Below, piece after piece: positions 1 through 11,659 of a stretch of 64,000 nt of DNA. Source of the DNA: Alphaproteobacteria bacterium (GTDB lineage Bacteria > Pseudomonadota > Alphaproteobacteria > CALMVH01); contig CBDAQZ010000001.1 in NCBI GenBank assembly GCA_965199335.1, positions 71,102 through 135,101 of the forward strand. The letters are read 5' to 3'. Both the position numbers and the translations under genes were made by a program. The notes under the pieces were generated by a model, which was not told the DNA's origin, did not search any database, and was given only the letters and a program-made list of their open reading frames with translations. Within the stretch, counting starts at the first letter, position 1. Each line of letters begins with the position of its first letter.

Positions 1-2965
1 CGCCATAGGAGTTGATTTCCACCGGCGCACTGTTCCCGATCGATACCGGGATTTCCGTCGGCGCGTTGACGTTGCGCGTCTGCCCGGCCATCAACTGTTC
101 GGTCACGACTTTCAGCGTGTAGTCGACGCGATTGTTCGGCGACACGCTGGTAACCGCGATCTGATATTTGCCAGCGCCCAGACGACCCTTCCAGGGCTTG
201 GCCGATAACGCAGTATCTTCTTCGATCCGCACCGGACCGGTCAGCTTTGCCTGCATGCCGCTATCGATGGCGATCGTCACGTCGGCGGCGGCAGGCAGCG
301 TGAACTGCCAGACATCCGGCGTGCGCTCCTGATCCTTCTCCGGCTCCTGCCAGCGGTTCGTCATGTCTTCGCCGAAAGCGACCGGGAAGGGGCCATGGCC
401 CGAGCGTTCCACCGGCAGCTCGATCCGGTGGAGCAGGGTCACGGCACGGTTCTCCACGGCGCCTGGCAGCAGGATCATGCGATAGTCGCCGGGTTCGAAA
501 TCCTGCGCGATGTTGGCGGGACCGCCGGGGACCAGCAGCGGCCAGCCGTCGCTATCCTCAAGCCGCATGGTGAAGTCGCGGCCGAGCCCCATCGTGTGCA
601 GCGAATATTTGCCTGCCTTGTCGATATGGAACGTATAGGTCCCGGCCTCTCCGGGGGCGAGGGTGGTGCGCGCCCAGAGCTCGGGCTGCAGCACGCCTTC
701 GGTCTTCAGTGGCGTGTCGTCCAGCATCAGCCCGATCGGGCCGAAGCTCTGCGCGGGCGTGCCGACCGTCAGCTGGTAATCGCCCTCGCCCAGGTAACGT
801 TGAATCAGGAAATTGCGGCCGGTGCCGTTGGCCGTCTCGGCGGCGATCTCCGGAATGACGCGTGTCCGCAGCGTGCCCTTGGTTTCGATGATCCCGGTCG
901 ATTCAAGCCGGTAGAGCGCGGGCTTGGTGACGGGTACCGCAAAGGTCGCATGTTCGCCCTGGGCCAATGTCTGGAACACAGGCTTGTCCGGTGCCAGCGT
1001 AGCGAATTGCGGCAGTCCGGCCAGCAGCTTCGCGTCGATTGCAGGCAGCGGCGTATCCGCCTGCAGGTTTTTTGGCGCGAAGGCGATGCTGACGTAACGC
1101 GGATTGCCGGCAGGTAACGTCAGGCCTAGCCGGTGTTTGCCCGCACCGACTGCGACCGACAGAGCGCTTGCGGCCTGGTCCAGAACGAGCGGCAAGGCCG
1201 TGCCGTCTTCGGCGGTTGCGGTGATCCGGCCCTCCTCGGTCGCGACCACCGGCAGGGCGATCGTCTGGCCGCCGACCATCTCGAACGTGATGCCGGGGCC
1301 AAGCGCGATCGGCGAATTGTAGAGCCGTACCCCGGCATGACCGCCGGCCAGAGTGTTCAGATGGATCGTGTAATCGCCGCGCCGGGTGAACGGAACCTCG
1401 ATCATCGCTGCCGCCTGGCGCGGGGATTCGACGCTCGGCGCCGGGGTGCCCTGCGCGTGCAGCCGCAGCGTCAGGATACCCTTGCCGTTTTCCTTCGGCA
1501 CGATGTCGAGTGCATAGAAGCCCGGATCGAGCTGCCAGCCATAGCCGGACGGCTGGTAGCTGCGCCGGTAGCGCGGGTCGACGTAGAAAGACTCGATACG
1601 GTACTGGGCATCGACGCCTTCGCCATCGACGCTCAGATCGACCGGTTCGGTGACCTCGAGAAACAGCTCCGTCTGGTCAAGCAGGTTGAAGCGCCTTTGC
1701 CAGCTGATCGATTTTCCGACCTTGATCGCGGTCGAGGCGATGGCCGGCTCGCTGATGGATTTCTTGCCGGTCTCGTCCGCGATCACGATGGTCGGATCGA
1801 TCTCGTCCTGGTCATTGCCGCTCTGGTACATGGCAGCCCAGCCGGTGCTTTCGCTGCCGATGGCGATCACGGGCTTAGGATTACGGTTGTCGAACCAGGT
1901 CAGCCTATATCCCTGGCCCGGCTGCCGCTCGACCGTCACCAGCGAGAACTTGCCGGCATTGTCGTCGCCGGCGGTCGTCGTCTCGGCAAACGGATCGCGG
2001 CTGGTCTTGTCGATCGTGACGCGGTTCATGCCGCCTATGAACGGATTGCCGGACTCATAGGGCTGCACGCCGAGCGCCGCGTGTTCCGATTTGGCGATGT
2101 CCAGCCGGAAGTAAGTCGCGGTGGCCGGCACCAGGAAGCGGTCGAAGCCGGTGGACGATGCCACCTGCCACAAACGCCCGGCCTCGGCCAGTTTGGGGAT
2201 GCCGAAGCGGATGTGCAGAGGGTGGGCTTTCGACTCGCTGGACCATTTCTGACCGTCGCCGCCATAGGCGGTGACGCGGTACAGGCCCGGCTCGAGCGAA
2301 AGTGCCAGTTGCTTGACCGTCAAGGGCTGGCCGGCGGACGGATCGGCGGTCGCGGTTCCCGGTTTCGCGTCTACCAGCCACTTGCCGTCGCGCCACAGCC
2401 GCAGATCGTCCAGATTGCGTCCCGACGCCTCGATGGCGACATCGCGCCGCGCCGGGATGTTCAGCCAGTATGAACGCTGCTGGTGGTCGCCCAGATCGCT
2501 GTCGATCGGCTTCAGCTCGACCAGCTGCTGCTGGTCGGTGTTCAGCTCCACCGAGGGTAGGACCGCAACCGTAGCGTTGCCGGAGCCGTGCGGGTCGGAA
2601 ATCAGCTTTATCTTGTACTGGCCATGATCCAGGAAGGCGTCGATGCGGCCGTCGGCATGCCCTGCCGATCCTTGCGCCAGACCCGGGCCCGCCATGCGGT
2701 CGACAAGCTGGATCGCCGTGCCCTGGTCGCTTTTGACCGCGATCGAATAGCGCCCGAAGGTGGCGGCCTTCAGCAGGGTTTCATTCCTGCCCGTGGCGGT
2801 GAAAACCGATTTGTCGAGAGTGGCGGAGGCATCGGGGACGATAGGCGAGGCCTGTGCCGGCGGCGAAGGGTCCTGAGGGGCGGCGAAGGAAGGAAAGACA
2901 CCTGCAAACGTACAGATCGCGGCGAGGCCAACGCACCCGAATACGGCAAAAGCGACCCGCTGCAA
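1..2965 (-). CDS. Large secreted protein with repeated PPC/beta-sandwich-like modules (GxYxLxV motifs); partial, continues past the window start
   Basis: Manual reverse-strand translation from TTG at 2965 gives an open frame of more than 980 codons with no stop. An AAGGAA ribosome-binding site sits 7 nt upstream. The N-terminus is a Sec signal peptide (MQRVAFAVFGCVGLAAICTFAGVFPSFA-AP). Plus-strand ORFs 395-1117 and 1133-2473 have R/G/A-rich antisense-type composition. The gene is absent from the ORF track only because it is truncated by the window edge. Confidence 0.55.
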   Translation of the reverse strand, partial: MQRVAFAVFGCVGLAAICTFAGVFPSFAAPQDPSPPAQASPIVPDASATLDKSVFTATGRNETLLKAATFGRYSIAVKSDQGTAIQLVDRMAGPGLAQGSAGHADGRIDAFLDHGQYKIKLISDPHGSGNATVAVLPSVELNTDQQQLVELKPIDSDLGDHQQRSYWLNIPARRDVAIEASGRNLDDLRLWRDGKWLVDAKPGTATADPSAGQPLTVKQLALSLEPGLYRVTAYGGDGQKWSSESKAHPLHIRFGIPKLAEAGRLWQVASSTGFDRFLVPATATYFRLDIAKSEHAALGVQPYESGNPFIGGMNRVTIDKTSRDPFAETTTAGDDNAGKFSLVTVERQPGQGYRLTWFDNRNPKPVIAIGSESTGWAAMYQSGNDQDEIDPTIVIADETGKKSISEPAIASTAIKVGKSISWQRRFNLLDQTELFLEVTEPVDLSVDGEGVDAQYRIESFYVDPRYRRSYQPSGYGWQLDPGFYALDIVPKENGKGILTLRLHAQGTPAPSVESPRQAAAMIEVPFTRRGDYTIHLNTLAGGHAGVRLYNSPIALGPGITFEMVGGQTIALPVVATEEGRITATAEDGTALPLVLDQAASALSVAVGAGKHRLGLTLPAGNPRYVSIAFAPKNLQADTPLPAIDAKLLAGLPQFATLAPDKPVFQTLAQGEHATFAVPVTKPALYRLESTGIIETKGTLRTRVIPEIAAETANGTGRNFLIQRYLGEGDYQLTVGTPAQSFGPIGLMLDDTPLKTEGVLQPELWARTTLAPGEAGTYTFHIDKAGKYSLHTMGLGRDFTMRLEDSDGWPLLVPGGPANIAQDFEPGDYRMILLPGAVENRAVTLLHRIELPVERSGHGPFPVAFGEDMTNRWQEPEKDQERTPDVWQFTLPAAADVTIAIDSGMQAKLTGPVRIEEDTALSAKPWKGRLGAGKYQIAVTSVSPNNRVDYTLKVVTEQLMAGQTRNVNAPTEIPVSIGNSAPVEINSYG

Positions 2966-3098
2966 GGCAGTGTTCCTTAAAGGAGTTATTTTCACCTTTA
3001 TAGGAGGGTACCTACCTCTCGGCAATATACAATCATGCGAATTCTACGAAAGAGCGCACTTTTATTTCAGACACAAGTATTAAGGGACGTCCTCTAGA

Positions 3099-6000
3099 TT
3101 ACCAGTTGTACTTCACGCCCGCCTGGACCGTGTGATCCAGCTCGTGCTCGCGAATATCGGCATCGTATGACAGCGTCGCGCTCAGATTGGGGTTGAAGGC
3201 GGCGGTCATGCCGGCGCCAAGCAACGCGGCGTCCCGGCCCGGATGCACGCCCGAGATGCGGAAGCCCGCGGCGGGGGCGCCGGTGAAGCTTTCGCTCAAC
3301 GCCACATTGGTCGCCATGAAATCGTGCAGGTAGGCGGCTCTGATTTCGGGCGTCAGGGCGGTACCGTTCTTCGTCATCAGCGTCAGGTCTGCCCGTATCC
3401 CCGCCAGCGAACGCAGGGCGTTCAGGTTCGTGCCGTTGGTGTCGAAGTCCAGCCCGGCGACCGGCGAGCCGCTGGTGGCGTACCGGTTCTGGTGGATGTT
3501 GTCGTATTCGACGCCGATACGCGGCACCAGCGTCAGCTTGCCGCTGGTCAGTCCCTGCGGAACCGAGAAAGCATGGCTCAGTCCTGCCTCGGCGCTTAGC
3601 TCGTCGCCGTCATGGCGGGATGTCTGCTGGTAGCCCGTACCCGATGCCAGCGGCAGGTAGTCGCTGTCGTGATAATCGTTGAAGGCGTAGCCGACCGCGG
3701 CATCGAACACCATCGGGATGGGGTTCAGCTTGGCGCTGCCGTAAAGAGTGGCGCGGTAGGTATCGATATTGTTCTCGCCATTATCGCCGCTCAGGTTGAA
3801 GTCGGTATGCTCGTAGGCGACCGCGGCACCGATCAGCACGCCGGGTGCGACTTTCGTGTCGATGCCGCCGACGATGCCACCGGTGCGGTACTGGAATTCG
3901 GAGAAGCCGCTTTCGCCGCCGGTCTCGCCCAACACGCCGTAGCCGTGGACCCACAGGCTGGCCTGGTCTGCGCGCGTAGGGTTGCTGCCGCTGCAAGGGC
4001 CGAACATGGATTCGTCGGTCCTGCCCACAGGAACGTCGAACGTGCCGGGCAGGCCGGTCATCGCCATGCGCGTGGTGGTCAGGCCCTGGCATTCGTTCAT
4101 GCGCTCGACGATGAAATTCTGGAAGCTGGTCAGATTGGCAAGGTCGATGGTGCCGATATCGGCACGCAGCTCACCCAGCGCGCCTGCGACCAGCGCGCGC
4201 GGCGCATCGGCAAGCGAAGGACCGAAGATGTTGACCAGACCCTCGGCGAAGGCGCTGCTCGGCGCTACGCCCGGCAGGATCGACTTGATCGCGCCATCGA
4301 CGTTGCTGGTGTTCGGTGTCGAAGTCGCGCCCGGCGGCGGGGCCGCAAATATGGCTTCCGGACTGGTCACCGTCAGCTCTACCGCGTTCGGCAGATACGT
4401 CTCGGTGAAGAACGTCCCGGTGGAGGTCGCCGTGGCAGTGGCGAACTGGCCAGTGATGCCGTTGTTCGCGGTCAGGACGGTATATTGCTTGCCCAAGGCA
4501 TAGCTGCCTGGATCGTTGACGATCGAAAGCGTGCCGTTCAGCGCGGCGGTGCCGTTCACGGCCAGGACGCTGTTGCTGGTCGGGGTGACCCTGATCGTCA
4601 GGACGCTGTTCTGCGCCTGCGTGTAGTTGCCGTTGACGGTCAGCGCACCGATCGCCGTGCCGGGATTGACAGTGCCGTTATTGGTCAGCGCGCCGACGAT
4701 CGTGCCGTAGCCCATCAGCGTGCCGCCGCTGGCCACGGTCACCGGGCTGGTCAGCATCGCGGCCGAACCGGGCGTATCGCCTACCTGAAGAGTGCCTGCC
4801 GAGACGGTCGTACTGGCGAAGCTGCTGGCATTGTTCAGGGTCAGCGATCCGGCCGTGGACTTGATGAGCGCGCCGGTGCTCGAGACGGTTCCGGTAAAGG
4901 TGCCGGCATCGGCCGTCAGCGTACCGCCTGTCGAGGTGATCGCACCGCTGCCGGAAAGGGCGGACGCCTCTTGGTCGAAGCCGTTCATGGCAAAGGTCGC
5001 GCCGCTGGCGATGGCGAGGCCGGCGGGCCCGGCGGCATTGCTTGCGCCGAGCGCCAGCGTGCCGGCGTTGACGTTGGTCACGCCGCTATAGGTGTTCGCG
5101 CCGGACAGCGTCAGCGTACCCGCCGTGTTCTTGATCAGGTTGCCCGCGCCGCTGTAGACGCCCGAGAACGTACCGGATGCGACGGTCAGCGCGCCGCCGG
5201 TGGTTGTGACCGCACCCGACCCGGTCAAGGCGGTGACAGTCTGGTTGAAAGTGCCTAATGCCACCGTGCCCGCATTGCCGACCGCCAGCGTACCCGCGGC
5301 GATCGCATTGTCGACGCCGAGCGCCAGCGTGCCACCGTTCGCGTTGGTGCCGCCGCTATAGGCGTTGCCGGCGTTGGTCAGGGTAACGGTGTGCGTGCCT
5401 GCTGTGTTCAATGCACCGGTACCCGTCAACGCGCCGCTATAAGTATAGGAATTGCCGAGGCTGGTCAGCGTGCCGCCGCCGGCCGCAAGCGTCGCCGCAT
5501 TTCCGATCGTGATGCCGGCAGCCGATGCCCCCAGTGCGCCGCCGTTGAACGTCACGATGCCGCTACCCAGCGAGGCATTGTTGCCGGCGTTGATCGTGCC
5601 GGCGTTGATCGTGACCGCGCCGGTATAACCGGTTGCGCCGCTAAGGGCCTGCGTGCCGGTGCCGTTCTTGATCAGCGCACCGGTTCCCGTGATCGTACCT
5701 GCGTAGGTGTAGGCGCCACTGCCTGCCAGTGTAAGTGTGCTGGCGCCCGCCAGAACGGAACCGGCGTTGTTGCCGTTCAAACCGTTGATGGTCGGACTGA
5801 AGCCGTTTAGGTTCACCACGGCCGCCGGACCGTTCACGTTCACCGTTCCGGTGCCGAGCGCGGCGACGTTGGCGTAGGTCGCCGTCGTATTGCTGTTGAT
5901 GAAGGCACCGCCGGTAAAGGTGTTCGCGCCCGAGACGGATACGCTGCCGGTACCGGTCGAGGAGGACAGGATCAGCCGTCCTGCACCGCTTACGACGCCC

Positions 6001-7454
6001 GATAGCGTATCCGCGTTGCCGTTGGTATCGACGGTGCCGTTGCCGGTCAGCGTTATATTGTTGCTGATCGTGGTTCCGGCGCTCGTCTGGATCGTGCCGC
6101 CCGCGCCGCCGAAGGTGATGGCGCTGCCAAGGTCGCTGGCGTTGGTGACTCCGGCCAGCGTTGCCGCGTTGTTGATCGTCAGGGCGCCGGTATAGTTGTT
6201 CGCGCCCGAAAGCGTAACCGTGCCGCCCAGCACCTGCACCGCGCCGGCGCCGCTGATAGCGCCCGAGTACGTGCCCGTACCGGTGTTCGTGAACTGAAGC
6301 GTTCCTGCATCCGCTACGCCGTTGTTGATCGGCAGGCTGGCAGTGGTGACGTTCAACGTACCGCCCGAATTGATGACCGAGCCGCCGGTATAGGTGTTCG
6401 TCCCTGTCAGGGACAATGTACCGGTGCCGCCATAAGTCACGCTGCCGGATCCCGAGATGACGCCGGCAAAGGTGCTGCTGCCCGAACCGTCCACCGTCAG
6501 GGAATTCGCGCCCAGCGCCAGCGTGCTGGTCGAATCGCCGCTCAGATTGTTCAGCGTCTGGCTGAAGCCGTTGAAGTTGAACGAGCCGTTGTTGGTGAAG
6601 CTGACACCGCTGGATTGCGCCAGCGTGTTGGCGCTCCCCGCGACCAGGGTGCCACCTGTTATGGTGGTCGAACCCGTATAGGTGACCGCCTGCGTCAGGG
6701 TCAGCGTGCCACCTGTCAGGGCGAAGTTGCTGCCCGCGCCCGAGATGACGCCGTCATAGGTCGTGGTCGACCCCGCGCCGCCGACCGACAGGTTGGAGCC
6801 GGTGCCGCCCAGCATGATCTTTTCCGAGCCGCCGCTGGTATCCGAGATCGAGCCGATGATGTTCGTACCGGTCGTCTGGCTTAAATCCAGCGTGCCGCCG
6901 GCGCTGCTGTAGGCGCCCATGATCGTGGCTGCATTGCCGTTGACGATCAGCGAGCTGTTGCCGATCGAAACGCTGCCGCTGAAAGTCAGGTTGCCGTTCG
7001 TGGTATTGAAGCTTTCACCACCGGTCGAGGTGTTGGTCAGCGTTCCGATGGTCAGCGTCGACCCCGTGCCGGTCAGATCGAACGTCTGGTTGGCCGTGGA
7101 CGAATTCGTCAGCGTACCGATATTGAACGAAACCGCGTTGCCTTCGAGGAAGGTGTATGAGACGCCGCCGTTGAACAGCAGGGTGTTGAGCGGATTGCTG
7201 GTATTGGCAAAGGTGATCGCCGACGTCTTGGTGACCGCCGCGGAGTTTCCGAACACCGCAGTATCCGCCGCGCCCGGGGCGTTGCCGGTATCGTAGTTGC
7301 TGCCGAGGTTGAAATTGCCGTTGCTGGTAGTCGAACCCGCCCCATCATACGTATCTGTCGCCGCCATGGCTTCCATGGGTGATCCAACGGCGACAAGCGT
7401 TAATGCAGTGCCCGCGAGAAGGATGGTCTGGAGGCGGCGGCTGAAACGGGGCAT
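3099..7454 (-). CDS. Type Va autotransporter (passenger with PATR-type G/T/S-rich beta-helix repeats plus C-terminal beta-barrel translocator)
   Basis: 1451 aa. Signal peptide, then dozens of GTGTLTLSGANTYTGGT-like repeats. The C-terminal roughly 280 aa is a beta-domain ending ...VKYNW; a terminal aromatic is typical of autotransporter barrels. Confidence 0.9.
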   Translation of the reverse strand: MPRFSRRLQTILLAGTALTLVAVGSPMEAMAATDTYDGAGSTTSNGNFNLGSNYDTGNAPGAADTAVFGNSAAVTKTSAITFANTSNPLNTLLFNGGVSYTFLEGNAVSFNIGTLTNSSTANQTFDLTGTGSTLTIGTLTNTSTGGESFNTTNGNLTFSGSVSIGNSSLIVNGNAATIMGAYSSAGGTLDLSQTTGTNIIGSISDTSGGSEKIMLGGTGSNLSVGGAGSTTTYDGVISGAGSNFALTGGTLTLTQAVTYTGSTTITGGTLVAGSANTLAQSSGVSFTNNGSFNFNGFSQTLNNLSGDSTSTLALGANSLTVDGSGSSTFAGVISGSGSVTYGGTGTLSLTGTNTYTGGSVINSGGTLNVTTASLPINNGVADAGTLQFTNTGTGTYSGAISGAGAVQVLGGTVTLSGANNYTGALTINNAATLAGVTNASDLGSAITFGGAGGTIQTSAGTTISNNITLTGNGTVDTNGNADTLSGVVSGAGRLILSSSTGTGSVSVSGANTFTGGAFINSNTTATYANVAALGTGTVNVNGPAAVVNLNGFSPTINGLNGNNAGSVLAGASTLTLAGSGAYTYAGTITGTGALIKNGTGTQALSGATGYTGAVTINAGTINAGNNASLGSGIVTFNGGALGASAAGITIGNAATLAAGGGTLTSLGNSYTYSGALTGTGALNTAGTHTVTLTNAGNAYSGGTNANGGTLALGVDNAIAAGTLAVGNAGTVALGTFNQTVTALTGSGAVTTTGGALTVASGTFSGVYSGAGNLIKNTAGTLTLSGANTYSGVTNVNAGTLALGASNAAGPAGLAIASGATFAMNGFDQEASALSGSGAITSTGGTLTADAGTFTGTVSSTGALIKSTAGSLTLNNASSFASTTVSAGTLQVGDTPGSAAMLTSPVTVASGGTLMGYGTIVGALTNNGTVNPGTAIGALTVNGNYTQAQNSVLTIRVTPTSNSVLAVNGTAALNGTLSIVNDPGSYALGKQYTVLTANNGITGQFATATATSTGTFFTETYLPNAVELTVTSPEAIFAAPPPGATSTPNTSNVDGAIKSILPGVAPSSAFAEGLVNIFGPSLADAPRALVAGALGELRADIGTIDLANLTSFQNFIVERMNECQGLTTTRMAMTGLPGTFDVPVGRTDESMFGPCSGSNPTRADQASLWVHGYGVLGETGGESGFSEFQYRTGGIVGGIDTKVAPGVLIGAAVAYEHTDFNLSGDNGENNIDTYRATLYGSAKLNPIPMVFDAAVGYAFNDYHDSDYLPLASGTGYQQTSRHDGDELSAEAGLSHAFSVPQGLTSGKLTLVPRIGVEYDNIHQNRYATSGSPVAGLDFDTNGTNLNALRSLAGIRADLTLMTKNGTALTPEIRAAYLHDFMATNVALSESFTGAPAAGFRISGVHPGRDAALLGAGMTAAFNPNLSATLSYDADIREHELDHTVQAGVKYNW

Positions 7455-7519
7455 TCAAGGCTCCTTATTATTGTTACTGCGGACGCGAGAGCGGGCGCCA
7501 CAATTCAGCCACTATAGAA

Positions 7520-7625
7520 ATTTGGTTAACAAAAATAGAATTAATCTTGGCCTTCTGGCCTAATATCGGCCACGAAAACATGCAGTTAACAAAAAGTTTA
7601 TTGTCGATAATATCGGAGCGGTATA
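7520..7625. promoter_or_regulatory. AT-rich divergent promoter region with an imperfect ~60-bp tandem duplication (GTTAACAAAAA...TAATATCGG occurs twice)
   Basis: Unit 1 is at 7524-7571 (GTTAACAAAAATAGAATT...CTAATATCGGCC). Unit 2 is at 7584-7621 (GTTAACAAAAAGTTTATT...ATAATATCGGAG). It lies between the autotransporter start (7454, minus) and ORF 7635 (plus). Confidence 0.4.
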
Positions 7626-7634
7626 ACATGCGGC

Positions 7635-8564
7635 ATGTCTCAGCCCGATCGTCGAACAGTCCTGCGTCTCATGGGCGCTCTCAGCGTTGTGGCATTTGCC
7701 GGTGAGTCGCCGCTGGGCGCGCAATATGACTGGCGCCATGATGGGCCGGAAACCAGACCCCATGCTCCTGTCGCCGCGAAGCCGCACAAGGAAACTATCC
7801 AGGGCCGCCCCTTCTGGACCGGGACCGAAGAAGCCAAGGCCAGCGCGCGGGTAACGATGGAAGGGTGGGTGTTGCAACCCAGCGTCGATACGCGCCAGAG
7901 CATGGAGATTTATTCGGAGCGCCATCCGCTTCTGGGCGGTCTTGCTCAGCTTGTCGGCGGCGGCGGTGTTTTTGCGCATCTGTATTTCGGCATTCACGAT
8001 GCGAAATCGTCGATCTATGTCCATGGCTTCAACATCGACCCGGACGGCAATCGGCTGGAAGCCTTCGATCCAGGCGGCACGCTCAAGATGGTGGCGCTGA
8101 CGCCAAGGCAAAGCGAGGATGACCGCCAGAGGCATGGCCACAGGCCTTTGCCGCATCAGGCGCTCGATAGCGTTCAGGTCGGTTCATCGGCACAGTTGCT
8201 GGGCCGTATTCTCGATCTCGGGGCGGCGGTCAATCGGGCGGATATTCCTTATCATATGTTGCTGACGAATTCGAACGGGCTGGCGGCGGCGGTGTTCAAT
8301 ATTGTCCAGCCCGGACGTACCGATTGCTCGACCCATAGCTGCCCGGCGTTGCTGGCTGCTGGAGGGGGCCATCTCGTTCCCGGCGTCGATTCCGGCATCG
8401 CGGCAAAGGTCGGCAAGCTGGGTCGCGTGTATGAAAGCCTGGCGCTTAGCGGCGTCGGAATGATCGACCTGGCCAGCCGGTTCAATCAGGAGTCCAACCT
8501 GCAGATACTGGCCAACCTCGACCGGGCGCCTGTTCGGGCGCAAGTCCTGGGCTTGAACACCTAA
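7635..8564 (+). CDS. Hypothetical exported protein, possible Tat substrate
   Basis: 309 aa. The N-terminus [19 protein letters not shown] resembles a twin-arginine signal. A GGAG motif lies upstream. The overlapping minus ORF 7560-8156 has junk composition. Confidence 0.5.
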   Translation: MSQPDRRTVLRLMGALSVVAFAGESPLGAQYDWRHDGPETRPHAPVAAKPHKETIQGRPFWTGTEEAKASARVTMEGWVLQPSVDTRQSMEIYSERHPLLGGLAQLVGGGGVFAHLYFGIHDAKSSIYVHGFNIDPDGNRLEAFDPGGTLKMVALTPRQSEDDRQRHGHRPLPHQALDSVQVGSSAQLLGRILDLGAAVNRADIPYHMLLTNSNGLAAAVFNIVQPGRTDCSTHSCPALLAAGGGHLVPGVDSGIAAKVGKLGRVYESLALSGVGMIDLASRFNQESNLQILANLDRAPVRAQVLGLNT

Positions 8565-8637
8565 CCGCTCATTCCTGTATTGTCGCCGCCTGCTGCCCGT
8601 GGCACACCCATGGGGCAGCATCACAGGGACATGGCGC

Positions 8638-10065
<1,428 letters not shown>

Positions 10066-10108
10066 AAATGCTATGGTATAACTACATATCTAAATAAGAG
10101 AATTCATC

Positions 10109-10837
10109 ATGGCACAAACATCTCGGCCAGATTTAATCTTGTTCGACATCGGACAGGTAATTGTGCCATATGATGATCATAAGTTGATTGAAAATATCGC
10201 TGCTCGTTGTAGCGATCCCGAAGCTTCCACTGAGATCAAATCATATTTAACGACCGACTGGAAAGCTTTACAGACAGGGGCAATGGCAGACGAACGATTA
10301 CATCAGAAGTTCGTAATCGGTCTTGGTTTCGATGGTAGTTTTAAGGACTTTCAGCAAGTCTGGTGTGCTCACACAGCACGCGATCCTGCGATGGAAACCC
10401 TTGTACGTGAAGTCGAGAAGACGACGGCAACAGCTTTGTTATCCAATGCAACAAAAATCCACATGCAACATTTTACCTCCAATTATGAGTTGATTGGGCG
10501 GATGAATTCTAATGGCAATGCTCATTTTTCCTGTTTGATGGGAGCCGTAAAACCTGACAGAGAAGCGTTCGAAATTACTCTTGATAGTGAAAGCCGGCGA
10601 TTGGGACGCCATATAAGTCCGGAAAAGACGCTTTTCATCGATGACATTTCGCAGATGACAGAGGGCGCAAAAGCAGTTGGAATGGATACAATTGTTTTCA
10701 CTGGAATTGCAGCTTTGATACCCGCTCTCGTGTCTCGCTGTGTACCAATCGGAGTGGCTGGCGTTAATCTACCAACCACCGCTTGGGCAGGAGCACGTGC
10801 CGGTATTATTGGTCATGATTCTACCAAGCCAATCTGA
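10109..10837 (+). CDS. HAD-superfamily hydrolase (variant motif I FDIGQV; motifs SNAT / K / LFIDD present)
   Basis: 242 aa. HAD motifs II-IV are recognisable. GC is about 42%, against about 63% in the flanks. Confidence 0.7.
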   Translation: MAQTSRPDLILFDIGQVIVPYDDHKLIENIAARCSDPEASTEIKSYLTTDWKALQTGAMADERLHQKFVIGLGFDGSFKDFQQVWCAHTARDPAMETLVREVEKTTATALLSNATKIHMQHFTSNYELIGRMNSNGNAHFSCLMGAVKPDREAFEITLDSESRRLGRHISPEKTLFIDDISQMTEGAKAVGMDTIVFTGIAALIPALVSRCVPIGVAGVNLPTTAWAGARAGIIGHDSTKPI

Positions 10838-10887
10838 CTCCATGACACGCGCAGTTTAAACCAGTATAAGGTCTGCAAAACAGCGTC

Positions 10888-11391
10888 ATGGAGACCGGCA
10901 TGATAAGAAAAATCTATAACAGGATAGTGAACCTGTCTCCTGCGGTCGTGCTGGTTATCGGCCTCGCTTTCATGCTTTCGGGTTTCTTTTTCCAGACCGA
11001 TCTTGGCTACGACGATGCGCCGATTGCAACCTCCTACTCCTTGTCTCTCGGGGCAAACTGCGAGAGCGACTACAAGCAATGCCATGTCAGGCCGCGGGTT
11101 GTAGTGGGCTATCGTATCGAAACCACCCGCAACGAGGTCGTCGCCTTCATGCCCGGCATGGACGGGCTGATGGACAAATACAACGAATGCACCATCTGGA
11201 GCGCATCCGACTGGCAGTGCGAGGCCGGCCGTATCTCGATGCATGACGGGCTTATCACTCACAATGAGTTCGAGACCGACCACGATATCTATTATGTCCC
11301 GAAGATCGCCTGGAAAATGGCGAAGCTGCACATCCTGCCGCTGAATTCCGTGCGTCATTCGCCCCCGCCGAAATCGGTTCACGGCACCTAG
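10888..11391 (+). CDS. Hypothetical membrane-anchored protein (N-terminal TM helix, four Cys in the C-domain)
   Basis: 167 aa, in the same low-GC island. The antisense ORF 10813-11727 has junk composition. Confidence 0.5.
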   Translation: METGMIRKIYNRIVNLSPAVVLVIGLAFMLSGFFFQTDLGYDDAPIATSYSLSLGANCESDYKQCHVRPRVVVGYRIETTRNEVVAFMPGMDGLMDKYNECTIWSASDWQCEAGRISMHDGLITHNEFETDHDIYYVPKIAWKMAKLHILPLNSVRHSPPPKSVHGT

Positions 11392-11443
11392 CCGGAACCA
11401 AATTGCTTCACCGGTCTTTCTCTTCTCGAACCAGGAGGAAGAC

Positions 11444-11659
11444 ATGGCGGAAAAGACCGTAAAAGCCGGCGACAAAGTCAGCTGGAGCTCTTCGCAAGGC
11501 GAGGTGAAGGGTACGGTAAAGAAGAAACTGACCTCACCCATCAAGATCAAGGGGCATGCGGTCAAGGCATCGCCGGATAATCCAGAATACCTCGTCCAGT
11601 CCGACAAGACCGGCGCAAAGGCTGCACACAAGCCGGGAGAGCTGAAAAAAACCAAGTAA
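11444..11659 (+). CDS. DUF2945-family small protein (hypervirulence-associated TUDOR-like fold)
   Basis: 71 aa. KAGDKVSWSSSQGEVKGTV...KGHAVKASPDNPEYLVQSDKTGAKAAHKPGELKK matches the DUF2945 consensus (KxGDxVxW...G.V.G....KGH...AS.D.P.Y...SDKT...AAHK). A strong AGGAGGAAG ribosome-binding site lies 5 nt upstream. Confidence 0.65.
   Translation: MAEKTVKAGDKVSWSSSQGEVKGTVKKKLTSPIKIKGHAVKASPDNPEYLVQSDKTGAKAAHKPGELKKTK

Noticed and set aside
1133-2473. Plus-strand 446-aa and 240-aa ORFs at the window start
   Set aside because: The opposite strand translates without stops into a signal-peptide protein with an AAGGAA ribosome-binding site. The plus ORFs are antisense.
3612-5258. 548-aa plus-strand ORF, plus other long ORFs antisense to the autotransporter
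   Set aside because: The composition is Arg/Gly/Ala/Asp-rich, and the ORF lies fully inside a confidently identified minus-strand gene. This is a typical high-GC antisense artefact.
4000-7300. Possible CRISPR or tandem-repeat array suggested by the highly repetitive DNA in the autotransporter
   Set aside because: The repeats are imperfect, in-frame, and encode the passenger-domain beta-helix. There is no spacer/repeat regularity.
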